DNA of 64,000 nt, from the NCBI GenBank assembly GCA_050506795.1, contig JBJHCF010000006.1, forward strand, positions 1 through 64,000. The letters run 5' to 3'. Shown in pieces: positions 1 through 10,486 of this stretch. Each line of letters opens with the position of its first letter. The stretch's first letter is position 1. This DNA comes from Opitutia bacterium. GTDB taxonomy: Bacteria; Verrucomicrobiota; Verrucomicrobiia; Opitutales; T3Sed10-336. The position numbers and the translations under genes were made by a program. The notes beneath the pieces were generated by a model. The model saw nothing but the letters and a program-made list of their open reading frames with translations. It made no database searches and was not told the DNA's origin.

Positions 1-26
1 CGGAGCTACGGGGGAGTACGAAACTC

Positions 27-112
27 GTAGCGCCCTGCTTCAGCGGGCGTTCTGTGCGGTGTGCGGACGACGGTTCCCGGGAAGGGAACTCCGGCTAAAA
101 GCACGGAGCTAC
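27..112. repeat. Inverted pair of GTAG-type REP hairpins (REPIN-like); partial copies at 1-9 and 113-139
   Basis: 27-49 reads GTAG-CGCCC-TGCTTCAGC-GGGCG. The reverse complement of 89-112 reads GTAG-CTCCG-TGCTTTTAGC-CGGAG. The 5-bp stems differ but each is self-complementary. Confidence 0.75.
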
Positions 113-165
113 GTAAGAGGGCCATGCTTCAGCCAGCCCACGGAATCCACAGCAAACAGCGAGGC

Positions 166-375
166 GCCATTCATCCGGACTTTACCGGCTTTTCAAACAG
201 CATCCATCACGACCTGGCGTTGGTCCGCCTCGCCGAGCCGCTGCCGACGGGGATAAACTACGCCACGTTCGGCTTAGGGTTGACATTCGGGGATACGCTC
301 ACGCTGCCTGGCTTCGGCAACTACGGCTACACCACAAGGGCCTCTTCGCGGCTGAACCGGCGACTGGCGCCGACG
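166..375 (+). pseudogene. Internal fragment of a trypsin-like serine protease
   Basis: IHPDF...HDLALVRLAEPL...TLPGFGNYG resembles the catalytic-Asp region of S1 proteases. There is no start and no GDSG motif. Confidence 0.45.
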
Positions 376-776
376 GCCCCGGTGAGAGCGGAGCGGAAGC
401 ACAGCAGGCGGGCGGGGCGCTTGTCCTCGTTTCGTACGGAGCCGACGTAGAAAACGCCGTCTTCCTCAAAACGGCGCTGTGGACGGTGGGGTGTGGGGCC
501 TCGGAGACCTGCGCGGGGCACGTGGCGGAATCCGCGACGTCTCCCCGGGGGCTCCAGTCGAGGTAGGCGTTGGGATTCGTGAAGACTCGTTCGATGAGCT
601 CTTCGAGAATCCTCTCTTTGGTCGAGACCGGAAAGCGCGGGGGTAGATTCAGGATTATCGGGACCGGTATCGCCGGTTCCTTCAACGGACGGTTCCGGCA
701 ATGGCACGTGAGGGGGCGTGCCTTTCCTTTAATCCATTCTTAAGGCTTATGCGGAGTGCGCTGGTTGCGCCGGGGG

Positions 777-3020
777 TTACGGGTGGGATTCCTCCACGAC
801 CAGGCGGAGGAAGAGGGCATCCTCGCCATACGTCTCGACTAGGGCGGTCCGGTTGCCTTCGGCGTCGGGCTTGGAGAGGGTGACCCCGGAGGTGTCCCAG
901 TCGACCAGGTCCGTGCTGGCTTCCACGGTGTAATTGATTCCAGGTTGGTCGCCGGGAAAGTCCATCGTCATCTGGTCCGCGTCCTCTGCGGCTTGTGGTA
1001 CGCTTGCCGTCAGGTTTTTCTTCGGATCGAGGTTTAATGCATATGCCATCAGAAGACTGACACCGTCGCCATTGATGTCGGACGCCGGACCGGTGTAACT
1101 GGCCGAGAGGACCTCTTCCTCCAACAGCCAATCGGTGAAGGGGCGGCGCTCGCCGAGGTTTATTGCAGGGTAGCCTTCCCAGGTGGGCGAGGTGAAGCCC
1201 TCGGCCTCGTCAAAGTAGAAAACCGCAAAGTTGGACACCATGCCGGAAAAAGCAACGCGGTCCACTGACGGGGCATCGCCGTGAAAAACCATCCTGGTCA
1301 ATTTGCCGGTTCCCGAGAAGGCTCGCAGTCCGAAGTCGGTGACGCTTGCGGGAATCTCAATGTGTTCGAGGCTCCGGCATTGAATGAAGGTCTGGAAGTT
1401 GATCGAGGTTATCCCCTCGGGAATATCGATTTCCTCCAAGCTGATGCAATACGCGAAAGCCTGGCTTCCGATGTTGCTAAGGGTTTCGGGCATCTCGATG
1501 CTGGAAAGGTTGATGCAACCCCTGAAGGCAGCATTGCCGATCGTGGTGACGTTGTCCGGGATATGCACACTGGTTAGATCCGTACAATCTTGGAAGCCCT
1601 GTCGTGGAATTTCAGTTATGCTTTCCGGAAGGTGGACGTTGGAAAGCCTGGTGCATCCGGAAAAAACGCCTGTGCCAAGGTGGGTAACGCTCTCAGGAAT
1701 CGCGACGTCGGTGAGGCTGGTGCAACCTTGAAAAGCCTCGGCCCCGATGTCGACCACTCCATTTGGAAGATCTATCTGTTCAAGGCTCGAGCATCCTGAA
1801 AAAGCATGCCTGTGAATCGTGGTGAGGCGCGCGGGAAACTCTACGCTCAGAAGGCTGGTACAGTCCTCAAAGGTGGATGGTGCTATGACAGTGACATTCT
1901 CCGGGAGTTTCACATGGGTCAGGCTTGAACAACCGTAGAACGCCCATTCTCCGATGAACGTGACGCTGCCGGGAATATCTACGGTCTCAAGGCTGGAGCA
2001 ATTATAGAACGCGATGGCTTCAATAGATACGACATTTTTTGGGATTTTCGCCTCAATCAGGTTTTGACAATTGAAAAACGCACCTCGTTCGATGGTCTCG
2101 ATTGTGTCGGGGAGGGTTACTGTGGTAAGGCTGGTGCATTCCGCGAATGTATTGCGCTGGACGGAGGTGACCCCATGGGGGAGTGTTACATCGATGAGGT
2201 TTTCGCAGCCACGGAAGGCGGACACGCCTACCGATACGAGACTCTCGGGTAGATCGATCTCGGCCAAATGGGGGGCGCCGAGGAAAGCGGATTCTTTGAT
2301 GGCGACCACCCCCTCGGGAACTTCGAATGAATCGCGGCGATTTCCAATGGGATATTGAATTAGTTCGCGCATATCGGCGTCAAACAATACTCCGGAGAAG
2401 CTGGCGTAGACAGTGTTGGCGGAATCGACTTGGATTCCGGTGAGATTGCTTGTGCCTTCGAACGCCCTTTCTCCGATAGCCGTGACCTCTTCGGGTATGT
2501 CCACTTCGGTGAGACTTGTGCAAGCGAAGAAGGCGGCCGTTCCTATGGAGGTCACGCTTTCGGGGATCTCGATTTCCGTAAGGGAATAACAGCCCGCAAA
2601 CAAACCGGCTTCTATGGTTGTCAGGGTCTTGGGGAGAGCGGCGGAGACAAGACTATGGCATCCAGAGAACGCCCCGGAGCCAATTGAGTTAACCGTATCC
2701 GGAATTGTCACCTCAACGAGATTGTGGGCGTTTCGAAAGGCTGAGATAGCAATCGTAGTGATGCCTTCAGGGATGGTTACGCTTGTGATAAGTTGATTTT
2801 GTTCGAAAGCTCCGAGTCGTCCTTCACTCTCTATTGCGACCACCGGATAACCATCAAGGGTGGACGGGATCACCACGTCACCGCCCGGTCCGGTGTACCT
2901 CGTAATGGTCGCTTCTCCGTCGGTGACCGTGAAAGTGTAGTCGTCCTCGGGGCTGGCGTTCAGCACACAGGGGAGGGCCACAAAGATAAGAAACGCAAGC
3001 AGCGGGGGTGTCATTCTCAT
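777..3020 (-). CDS. BspA-type leucine-rich repeat (LRR_5) surface protein with conserved C-terminal domain
   Basis: Signal peptide; many repeats of the form FxxCxSLxxVxIPxxVTxIGxxA; C-terminal DxNGDG..YALNLDP..YTVEASTDL..W..FLRL. Confidence 0.93.
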   Translation of the reverse strand: MRMTPPLLAFLIFVALPCVLNASPEDDYTFTVTDGEATITRYTGPGGDVVIPSTLDGYPVVAIESEGRLGAFEQNQLITSVTIPEGITTIAISAFRNAHNLVEVTIPDTVNSIGSGAFSGCHSLVSAALPKTLTTIEAGLFAGCYSLTEIEIPESVTSIGTAAFFACTSLTEVDIPEEVTAIGERAFEGTSNLTGIQVDSANTVYASFSGVLFDADMRELIQYPIGNRRDSFEVPEGVVAIKESAFLGAPHLAEIDLPESLVSVGVSAFRGCENLIDVTLPHGVTSVQRNTFAECTSLTTVTLPDTIETIERGAFFNCQNLIEAKIPKNVVSIEAIAFYNCSSLETVDIPGSVTFIGEWAFYGCSSLTHVKLPENVTVIAPSTFEDCTSLLSVEFPARLTTIHRHAFSGCSSLEQIDLPNGVVDIGAEAFQGCTSLTDVAIPESVTHLGTGVFSGCTRLSNVHLPESITEIPRQGFQDCTDLTSVHIPDNVTTIGNAAFRGCINLSSIEMPETLSNIGSQAFAYCISLEEIDIPEGITSINFQTFIQCRSLEHIEIPASVTDFGLRAFSGTGKLTRMVFHGDAPSVDRVAFSGMVSNFAVFYFDEAEGFTSPTWEGYPAINLGERRPFTDWLLEEEVLSASYTGPASDINGDGVSLLMAYALNLDPKKNLTASVPQAAEDADQMTMDFPGDQPGINYTVEASTDLVDWDTSGVTLSKPDAEGNRTALVETYGEDALFLRLVVEESHP

Positions 3021-3170
3021 GATCTCAGGTAATCCGTACGGTCCCTGAGAGTCAATTCCTTCCGGGGCACAGAGGCCGGTGGACGCGCCTGGCCACTGCC
3101 CTGGCCGAACCAGTCGCCGCAGAAAACCCGGCCGACGCGTATGTGCCCCGACCGGGCTTCGGAATCGTTG

Positions 3171-3350
3171 ATGCGGATCCTTTTCGATCAGGGAACGCCG
3201 TATCCATTAGCAGTTTGTCGGATTTCTTTCCTTTCGATCTTTATTCTCCCGACGACAAGAGGGCCCGAACTCAGGAAGCACGGTCCGTTGATTGCCAGCG
3301 CAATCACGGCACTCAAACCGGGGCAGCGCGTTTACTGGGAGCTTCCATAG
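3171..3350 (+). pseudogene. Internally deleted DUF5615/VapC45-type PIN toxin
   Basis: The MRILFDQGTPxPL N-terminus is joined almost directly to the ILPTT..I..AI..LKPG C-terminus; only about 59 aa remain. Confidence 0.6.
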
Positions 3351-3489
3351 CGAACCTCATAAGGACGATCACTGCCGAAAGAGACCGGGAGCGGAATACC
3401 GGAAACTACGAATCACCTGAATCTTCGCGAATCGGGAATCGGCCAAACAATCCGCTACGATCAATCCCAAGACCAATCAGTCCCGTGAA

Positions 3490-3616
3490 AAGATTCGCGC
3501 CGGACTCGGGATTCTTAAAACGGCATAGCGAGCTTCCGGCGGTTTGACGGCGGAGAAACGCGCTGTTTTGTCAAGAGTACAGACGTCCTCTGATTTCCCT
3601 CAGACCTGACGTCATC
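3490..3616 (+). repeat. Diverged direct repeat copy 1 (3' end of an HNH-endonuclease-like gene plus downstream flank)
   Basis: AAGATTCGCrCCGGACTCGGGATTCTTAAAACGrCAT...GAGTACA...ACCTGACGTCATC recurs at 4805-4911. It encodes RFAPDSGFLKRH. Confidence 0.8.
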
Positions 3617-3648
3617 GCTCCTTCGACATTTCTGGTCCTCGTCGGGCA

Positions 3649-3949
3649 CTAACGAAGCCGTTCTTCAATCGCGGTCGGGTTCCTGCGTAAGTCGATCACG
3701 GCGGCAACCACCACCTGCTCTCGATGGATCAGGTAAAAGATGCCAACGGGAAACTTCCGGACCAGAATGCGCCGAAACTCCCCATGAGATTTACGGTAAC
3801 CCAACGGAGATCGCTTCACAGCCTCAAGTGCGGCATCTACACACACCAGAAAGTAGTTTCCGATTCCTGGTTGCTGACGCTCGTACCACAGGGCAATTGT
3901 GGCAATGTCCCGTTGGGCGTCGGAACCAATGGTGACAGAAATACCTCAA
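3649..3949 (-). pseudogene. RelE/ParE family toxin with disrupted start
   Basis: SVTIGSDAQRDIATIALWYERQQPGIG..FRRILVRKFPVGIFY..VAAVIDLRRNP. The overlapping TTG start (3949) is one base out of frame with the toxin body. Confidence 0.8.
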
Positions 3950-4158
3950 AGCATCTTCCGGATACGTTCCTGGACAACCTCCCAGGGTTCTCCTTCCTCC
4001 GGATTCTCCAGAAATGCCCGATAACGTTCGTCCAAAAGAGCCCTCTGTTCATCGGTAAGCGGAATCTCCTCCTGGACTTCCGCCAGCTCATCCCACAGGT
4101 CGTTGACCAGAAGCAACTTCTCGGAAGCGGATAACTTGCCAATTTCTTCTTTCAACAT
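3946..4158 (-). CDS. Addiction module antitoxin (TIGR02574-like)
   Basis: LSASEKLLLVNDLWDEL...LTDEQRALLDERY...PWEVV; lies directly upstream of the RelE/ParE toxin. Confidence 0.88.
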   Translation of the reverse strand: MLKEEIGKLSASEKLLLVNDLWDELAEVQEEIPLTDEQRALLDERYRAFLENPEEGEPWEVVQERIRKML

Positions 4159-4319
4159 TCCAAATCGGTAATCCGAAAACCCCTTTTCGGCAAGCTAAAT
4201 AATCGTCCACAAAGACCGGCGTCACCTGGAAATCTCTCCCCCGAATAACTTCCGCTCGCGCAATTTCGCCCGAGTTCACCCCGGAAGAGCCCCACGCCTC
4301 CATCCCACCCTTATATAGC

Positions 4320-4586
4320 CAAGAGATTCTGAGCCGGGACGGAGTGCGCATCGAGCGTATCGTTTCCAGGGGGCACACCTCTCCGGCGTCTGGATGGTAT
4401 GATCAATCGTCCCGCGAATGGGTCATGGTCCTGAAAGGATCCGGAACCGTACAATTCGAGGACGGCCGCGAGACAATGCTCGCAGCAGGAGACTACCTGT
4501 TCATCGCCGCCCACGTTCGGCACCGGGTAGCCCGGACCGACCCGGCCAACCCCACGATCTGGCTCGCCATCTTCTGGCCAGCATAG
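4320..4586 (+). CDS. Cupin domain protein, N-terminus probably truncated
   Basis: EILSRDGVRIERIVSRGHTSP..WYDQ..EWVMVLKG..GDYLFIAAHVRHRV..TIWLA. The only in-frame start is GTG at 4344. Confidence 0.75.
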   Translation, partial: QEILSRDGVRIERIVSRGHTSPASGWYDQSSREWVMVLKGSGTVQFEDGRETMLAAGDYLFIAAHVRHRVARTDPANPTIWLAIFWPA

Positions 4587-4617
4587 CCACATCCCCAACT
4601 CGCCTCACGCCCCTCGC

Positions 4618-4680
4618 CGCCATCTGAAGAACGGCGCTACCGCTTCAGGGCTCGCCAGTAGGTCGGTGCTTCAGCCCGAC
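4618..4680. repeat. Divergent pair of GTAG REP hairpins
   Basis: The reverse complement of 4618-4640 is GTAG-CGCCG-TTCTTCAGA-TGGCG; 4658-4680 is GTAG-GTCGG-TGCTTCAGC-CCGAC. A near copy lies at 13292-13345. Confidence 0.78.
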
Positions 4681-4804
4681 TTGCTGATCTCGGTAAGCGT
4701 GTTCCTCGTGCGAACCAGGGGGCTGAGCGAGCATTGCTCCCAGGTGTGGACCGCCTACGAGACTACTTTCTCCGCTTCGAAGGAAGGAGAATTGCGTCGC
4801 CCGG

Positions 4805-4911
4805 AAGATTCGCACCGGACTCGGGATTCTTAAAACGACATGGCGAGCTTTAGGACGGTTTGATAGCGGAGGAGGTCGAAGTTTTGTTACGAGTACAAAC
4901 CTGACGTCATC
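4805..4911 (+). repeat. Diverged direct repeat copy 2; HNH endonuclease C-terminal remnant (from about 4743)
   Basis: The frame reads DYFLRFEGRRIASPGRFAPDSGFLKRHGEL*, typical of HNH endonuclease C-termini. DNA similarity to 3490-3616. Confidence 0.7.
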
Positions 4912-5210
4912 TGGTTCGCCACGACGGGGATCCCAATAAGTCGGGCCACCCCTCCAGAAAATCGCGTTTCTGCCTCGGATTTAGGAGCCTTATGAGAGCA
5001 CCCCGCATCGGAAGCGAAGGGGGCGGGCTCGGTATGTGGCATATCTCGCCATGACCCTGTGGCTCTCCGGCGACCGGAGATCAGGCGGGGGTCGTTTCAT
5101 AGGCGGGGTCCTCTAACAAACTCCTTGCCTTCCTTCGTTTCCCTGGGTAGCCTCGCCTTTTCCTGGCTCGCCGACAAGTACCAGGCCGTCCTTTAATTTC
5201 GATTGTCCCC

Positions 5211-8200
5211 ATGAAGACAAACCTTCTCCCCCTTTTCGTTTTGGCCGGATCCGCGGCCTTGTTTTGCCTAACGACCGCCTTTGCTCTGGATGCTCTCTGG
5301 CAGGTGGAAGACGGCGACTTCAATGTTGCGAGCAATTGGAGCACAGGGGAGGTTCCGGCTGCTCCGGGAAGCACTGCGGTCATCAATGGCGGCACGGCTC
5401 GCTTCACAGAAGGAGATCGGACAGTCGAGGCGATCTTTGTCGGACGCAACGGCGTGGGAGCACTCCGGGTTTCAGGAGGGAGGTTTTCCGTAGTGAGGTA
5501 TGCTTCCATAGGCGCCTTCGGCGGCGGCGTGATCGGTGATCCGGGATCCATTTGGGGAACCCTTGAAATCGCAGGTGACGGCGTGTTTGAGGCGCTTGGG
5601 TTTGAGGTCGTCGTTGGATCGAGGTACTCCTTGGGCGAGTTGATCCTCCGGGAAAACGGTGAGTTCACGCAGTGGAACGAAACTTTTATGCTCGGTACCA
5701 ATGGACGCGGGCGTTTGGAGATCCATGATGGAGCTCGCTTCAACCATTTTGTTCGTGGAGGGCAGATTTACATCGGAATCCACTCGAACGGAATAGGTGA
5801 GGTGACACAGTACGGAGGCGAGTTTAACGCAACCCTGCCGGTCAACGTCGGTTCCGAGGGCGGTACTGGAGCGTTTGAGCTTTTCGGTGGTATCTTTCGG
5901 GCGCCGGATCGTCTCTCGCTTGGACGGACCTCGGGAACCGGAGCGATGACAGTGACCGGCGGCAGGCTTGAAAAGACCGGCTCGGGTCACCTGATCGTCG
6001 GAGACAATTCGCGGGGGACATTTGTCCAGACCGGTGGCGAGGTATGGGTTGGTGGAGGCGAGGTCCGTATTGGCGATGGCGACGACGCAAGCGGCGAGTT
6101 GGCCATTCATGGTGGCGACTTTGCCATCGAGGACAGTATTGTAGTCGGGCGAGAGGGCGGGGAGGGTGAAATGACAATAACCGGAGGGAGCATTTCCGTA
6201 ACCGGCGGCGGTCACTTCGAGGTAGCTTCCGCCGGGACTAACAGCCGGGGTGTCGTTCATCAAAGTAGTGGATACGTGGATACAAATGGAGGTCGGCTCA
6301 ATATTGGTTCCGCGAACGGGGCGTCAGGAGTCGTGACTGTTTCGGGCGACGCTGTGATCGATGCGGGCATAGTCAACGTGACGGGGGCGGGCGCGGATGC
6401 CGAAGGTGTTCTGCGCCTGGAAGGGGGTATGCTTATCGCCAACAGGATTACCGGCAATCTCAGCGATCTCGTCGATCCCGGCGCATCCACGGTGATTCTT
6501 GACGGTGGGACGATTCGGGCGAAGCAGCATCATTCCCGGTTTTTTGACGGGTTTGGGGTGGTGGACATTCAGCCGGGTGGAATGACCGTCGATTCCAATG
6601 GTTTTGCGATAACCATCGGTCAGGCGCTGCCAGGAGCGGGCGGCCTGATCAAAACCGGAGACGGCACGCTGGTTCTTTCCGGCGCGAATACCTACAGCGG
6701 CGAAACGAATGTTAACGCCGGACGCTTAATAGTAACGACGGCCACCGGTGATGGTGGCGCATACTCGGTTGCTGGTGAGGCCGTGCTCGGGGTCCGATTG
6801 GAGGAACCGGGCGCCCGGGTCGCCGCCAGTTCTCTTTTCCTGGAGGAGGAGGCCGGGATCGAATTCGATCTAGGGTCGTTTGGCGCGATTGAGGCCGCCG
6901 CTGTATCCGTCGGCGAGTTGACGGTTGAGGAGATGGCATTCGTGCATATTAAAGCAGATGCACTTCCCCTGGGTAGCCATCTCCTTATGGAGTATGAGAG
7001 CCGGACGGGGGAGGGCGTCTTTGATCTCGGCATGCTTCCGCCGGGGGTTGCCGCGACGCTCGTCGACGACCGTGAAAATCGGTCCCTGACACTTGTCGTG
7101 ACGGAGGTCGTTTCCCTTGTCTGGGATGCCGGAGAGGACGATGGGCACTGGGATATCGGTGCGACGCCCAACTGGAAGGATCAGCTTTCCGGGGCCGCAG
7201 CGGTCTTTCGGAACGGAGACCCGGTGGCATTCACAAACGCCTTGGTCGGGGCCTTTGATGTCGAGATTGGCGACATGGTATCTCCAGGTTCCCTGGTTTT
7301 CCATAACGATGCAGAGACGATTTACACTCTCGTCGGCGAGGGCGGGATTTCGGGTGGGACCGGAATAACGAAAAGCGGAAGCGGGACCGCGGTAATCCGC
7401 ACCCTCAACGAATACACCGGGGTAACGCGGATTCAGGGAGGCCGCCTCAGCGTGACGACGATAGAGGATGGGGGCCAATCGAGTTCGATCGGGGCTTCTT
7501 CGGCGGCGCCCGAGAATCTTGTCCTGGCGGGAGGAACGTTGCACTACCTTGGCGAAGGAGCGGCGAGTGATCGCGGGTTTTTGCTCGATGGGGGGCTTAA
7601 TGCCGTAGCCATCGACGGTGACCTAACATTCGGCGGGCCAGTGACCATGACCAGCAATGAAGGCCGCCTGCTCAAGACCGGGCCGGGAACGCTTACCCTG
7701 ACGAACCCGGGCGAAAATCTTCTTGGGTCGGGGGGCGCCCTGCCCGCGATTCAGGTCGCTTCTGGCGGTCTGACGCTCGACGGGGGCGGGACGCAGGTCA
7801 ATCTCGTCAGCGGTGAGTTGCGGGTAGGCGGAATGGAGATCGGGGATGCGCGGGTCTCTCTGCATGACACGGTTTTGCGGGTCGGATCACGCCTGGCGGT
7901 CGGCCGCGAGCATGGCACCAGCGGGCTGCTGGCGGCTTTTACCTCCGTAAATTCGACAATAAATGCGGCAACTTTGTCCATGGGTTTGAGCGGAGGGATG
8001 GTCAACTACCGCGCCAACCAGGAGATGACGTTGACCGATTCGCGTTTCGCGGTCGCGGACCGAGTTCAGATCGGGGAGAGCGACGGATCCTCGGCCAGCC
8101 TCGTCCTTCGCGGTGAGACCGTATTCACCTCCGGAAAACGGGTGACGCTCGGTGTTAACCCAGGGGCTACGGGAAGTCTGTCCGTCTGGGATGCCGGTTT

Positions 8201-9758
8201 GGTTCACACCAATCGGGATTTCAGTGTCGGGCAATGGGGGAAGGGGGTTCTGAGCCTCGGAGGTACTGCCAAACTGAAAGCGGATGGTGCCTTCTATGTT
8301 GGCGAACTGGAGCCTTCCGAAGGTGAGTTGACGCTCCAGGACGACGCGTCAGTGGTGGTAGCCGGGGGAAGCGTTTACCTTGGGATGGTTCCCGGCTCGA
8401 AAGCGACGGTCAAGCAATCCGGCGGGGCCTTCATTTATGAAGGATCCGATCATTTCCGGATCGGCAGCGGCGGGACCGCCAACTGGACGCAGACAGGCGG
8501 ACGGGTTGAAGCGCGCGGGTGGGTCGTCCTCGGGCGGCACGACACCGGCGTCGGTCACCTTGACGTGTCGGGGGGCGAGTTTATGGCCGTCCAAGAACAC
8601 CGTCGAATCATCGTTGGCGAGGAGGGGAGCGGCACACTGACCATTTCGGGAGGCGGTATTGTCTCGAGCGTTCAGGAAGGTGTCCGGATCGCGCAGGCCG
8701 CCGGAAGCCGGGGGATCGTCAACTTGAACGGCGGTGAGTTAATTACCAGAGCTCTGGTGGGCGGCGCCGGGGAGAGCACGTTGAATTTAAACGGCGGACT
8801 CATTCGTGTATCTCCAAACGCTGCCGCGGCCTTTGTTTCGGAGCCGAACCTGCGCTTGCAGGTCCTGGATGGAGGAGCGCGAATTGACACTGGCGGCACC
8901 AATATTTCCTTTCGCGCCGGGCTTATGGCAGGCCCCGGAAGTTTGGGCGGGCTGACCAAGCTGGGCGAGGGTAGCTTACGTCTCAGTCAAGTTAGCACGT
9001 ATCTAGGTCCGACGGAGGTCGTGGAGGGTTCGCTGATCATCGACACAAACAATTCCGCGGTGACCGGACCGGTCACGGTTCACGCCGGCGCCGGAATCGG
9101 CGGGACCGGTTCGCTCGGGGGGGGCGTTACCCTTTTGGGAACTTTGGAAGCCAATATGGATAGAGACCGGAGTTCCCGATTGGAAATAGGAGGGGAGCTC
9201 GACATCAGCGAAGGCGCATTGAGGGTGCAAAGTTTTCAGGTTCCAACGGAAAAGCTCTATATCCTCGCGTCCTACGGATCGCGTGTCGGATTTTTTTCCG
9301 ATGTCACGCTTCCGGAAGGGTATGCGGTGCACTATGATTTTCAGGGAAACAAGATCGCGCTTGTGACTGAGGATGCACCTCTCCTGTCCTACGCGGATTG
9401 GGCGGCGAGCTTCGATCTCGAACCGGGCGGAGACGGTGGTCCGTTGGAGGATCTGAGTGGCGACGGCTTGTCCAACCTTGCCAAATATGCGCTTGGGCGG
9501 TCACCGAATACCGTTGGCCCCCTTCCTGTCGCCGTGATGGCGGACGGGTATTTCGAATTACCTTACGCACGATCTATCTGGGCTTATGAAGCTAAGGTGA
9601 CCGCGGAGTATTCGTCCGATCTAAACAACGATTGGACGACCAATAATATTTCAGACACCTTTGTAAAGAGGGAGGGAGACCTTGAACATCGTATTGCCCG
9701 CATTCCCGCCGATGGTCCGCGAGGATACATTCGGTTGCGAGTAACCATTCCGCAATAG
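5211..9758 (+). CDS. Large secreted protein with autotransporter-associated beta-strand (PATR) repeats and conserved C-terminal domain
   Basis: Signal peptide; GGLIKTGDGTLVLSGANTYSGETNVNAGRL-type repeats; Gly-rich beta-helix repeats; no C-terminal beta-barrel. Confidence 0.9.
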   Translation: MKTNLLPLFVLAGSAALFCLTTAFALDALWQVEDGDFNVASNWSTGEVPAAPGSTAVINGGTARFTEGDRTVEAIFVGRNGVGALRVSGGRFSVVRYASIGAFGGGVIGDPGSIWGTLEIAGDGVFEALGFEVVVGSRYSLGELILRENGEFTQWNETFMLGTNGRGRLEIHDGARFNHFVRGGQIYIGIHSNGIGEVTQYGGEFNATLPVNVGSEGGTGAFELFGGIFRAPDRLSLGRTSGTGAMTVTGGRLEKTGSGHLIVGDNSRGTFVQTGGEVWVGGGEVRIGDGDDASGELAIHGGDFAIEDSIVVGREGGEGEMTITGGSISVTGGGHFEVASAGTNSRGVVHQSSGYVDTNGGRLNIGSANGASGVVTVSGDAVIDAGIVNVTGAGADAEGVLRLEGGMLIANRITGNLSDLVDPGASTVILDGGTIRAKQHHSRFFDGFGVVDIQPGGMTVDSNGFAITIGQALPGAGGLIKTGDGTLVLSGANTYSGETNVNAGRLIVTTATGDGGAYSVAGEAVLGVRLEEPGARVAASSLFLEEEAGIEFDLGSFGAIEAAAVSVGELTVEEMAFVHIKADALPLGSHLLMEYESRTGEGVFDLGMLPPGVAATLVDDRENRSLTLVVTEVVSLVWDAGEDDGHWDIGATPNWKDQLSGAAAVFRNGDPVAFTNALVGAFDVEIGDMVSPGSLVFHNDAETIYTLVGEGGISGGTGITKSGSGTAVIRTLNEYTGVTRIQGGRLSVTTIEDGGQSSSIGASSAAPENLVLAGGTLHYLGEGAASDRGFLLDGGLNAVAIDGDLTFGGPVTMTSNEGRLLKTGPGTLTLTNPGENLLGSGGALPAIQVASGGLTLDGGGTQVNLVSGELRVGGMEIGDARVSLHDTVLRVGSRLAVGREHGTSGLLAAFTSVNSTINAATLSMGLSGGMVNYRANQEMTLTDSRFAVADRVQIGESDGSSASLVLRGETVFTSGKRVTLGVNPGATGSLSVWDAGLVHTNRDFSVGQWGKGVLSLGGTAKLKADGAFYVGELEPSEGELTLQDDASVVVAGGSVYLGMVPGSKATVKQSGGAFIYEGSDHFRIGSGGTANWTQTGGRVEARGWVVLGRHDTGVGHLDVSGGEFMAVQEHRRIIVGEEGSGTLTISGGGIVSSVQEGVRIAQAAGSRGIVNLNGGELITRALVGGAGESTLNLNGGLIRVSPNAAAAFVSEPNLRLQVLDGGARIDTGGTNISFRAGLMAGPGSLGGLTKLGEGSLRLSQVSTYLGPTEVVEGSLIIDTNNSAVTGPVTVHAGAGIGGTGSLGGGVTLLGTLEANMDRDRSSRLEIGGELDISEGALRVQSFQVPTEKLYILASYGSRVGFFSDVTLPEGYAVHYDFQGNKIALVTEDAPLLSYADWAASFDLEPGGDGGPLEDLSGDGLSNLAKYALGRSPNTVGPLPVAVMADGYFELPYARSIWAYEAKVTAEYSSDLNNDWTTNNISDTFVKREGDLEHRIARIPADGPRGYIRLRVTIPQ

Positions 9759-9888
9759 AAGAGTTCTGTAATTGCAGGAGCTGTCTAAAGGTGCGTCCGG
9801 TCTATCATGGGCGGCCCGGCCGTGCGGCGAGTTCTAACACACAAGAGAATCAGCCATTCGAGATGTCGCCCCGTTCTTTGAATAATCT

Positions 9889-10098
9889 TCATTTATTCTG
9901 GTGGAGCTTGCTGAAAAATCGGCGGGCGTCGTTCACGTTGCGTGCCGGGTCGGGAACCGTTAGGAGACAGTCAATGACGATGCTCGCTTTGACGGCGCCT
10001 CCGCTGAGTTGTTCGGAGAGCTCCGCCCAGCGGAGTACCGTGGCATCCTGTATCCAGTTTCCGGTGAGACAAAGCTCGCGCCAGAGGTTCGCGTCCAT
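9889..10098 (-). pseudogene. Internal fragment resembling methyltransferase-HNH fusion proteins of defence islands
   Basis: LWRELCLTGNWIQDATVLRWAEL..IDCLLTVP..RNVNDAR; recognised from family memory; truncated on both sides. Confidence 0.45.
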
Positions 10099-10486
10099 GC
10101 CAACCGATTTTTCGGCAATATTTCGGGGAAATCGCCGCTTCGTAAAATGAGCTGATGGTGGTCGAGCCCGTGTTCCCAGGCCATGCGGATCTTGGCGCCG
10201 ATTTGCTGGGGCAGTTGACCCGGCGTTTCTCTAACCGGGTAGCCCGAGAGTTCCTCGGTCTGGCGGTGAAGGTCGGTGACGGCGCGAAGCGATTCGTCCT
10301 GGCGGCTAAACGTTGCCTGTGGTCACATATATATGACCCGAAAGGGGTGGTTGTTCCAGGTTCTCCAGGCTGTCATTCCATCGTGATGGCCATGCACATA
10401 AGAGGCATTGCAATACGGCCGGCAACTGTTCGATAATCGGCACACGCCGTTGCCGGGCAAGGGGACGATCAACGGTACAGAATCGT

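Noticed and set aside
299..707. Two overlapping minus-strand ORFs with protein-like patches
   Set aside because: Possibly a frameshifted gene scrap, but no family could be recognised.
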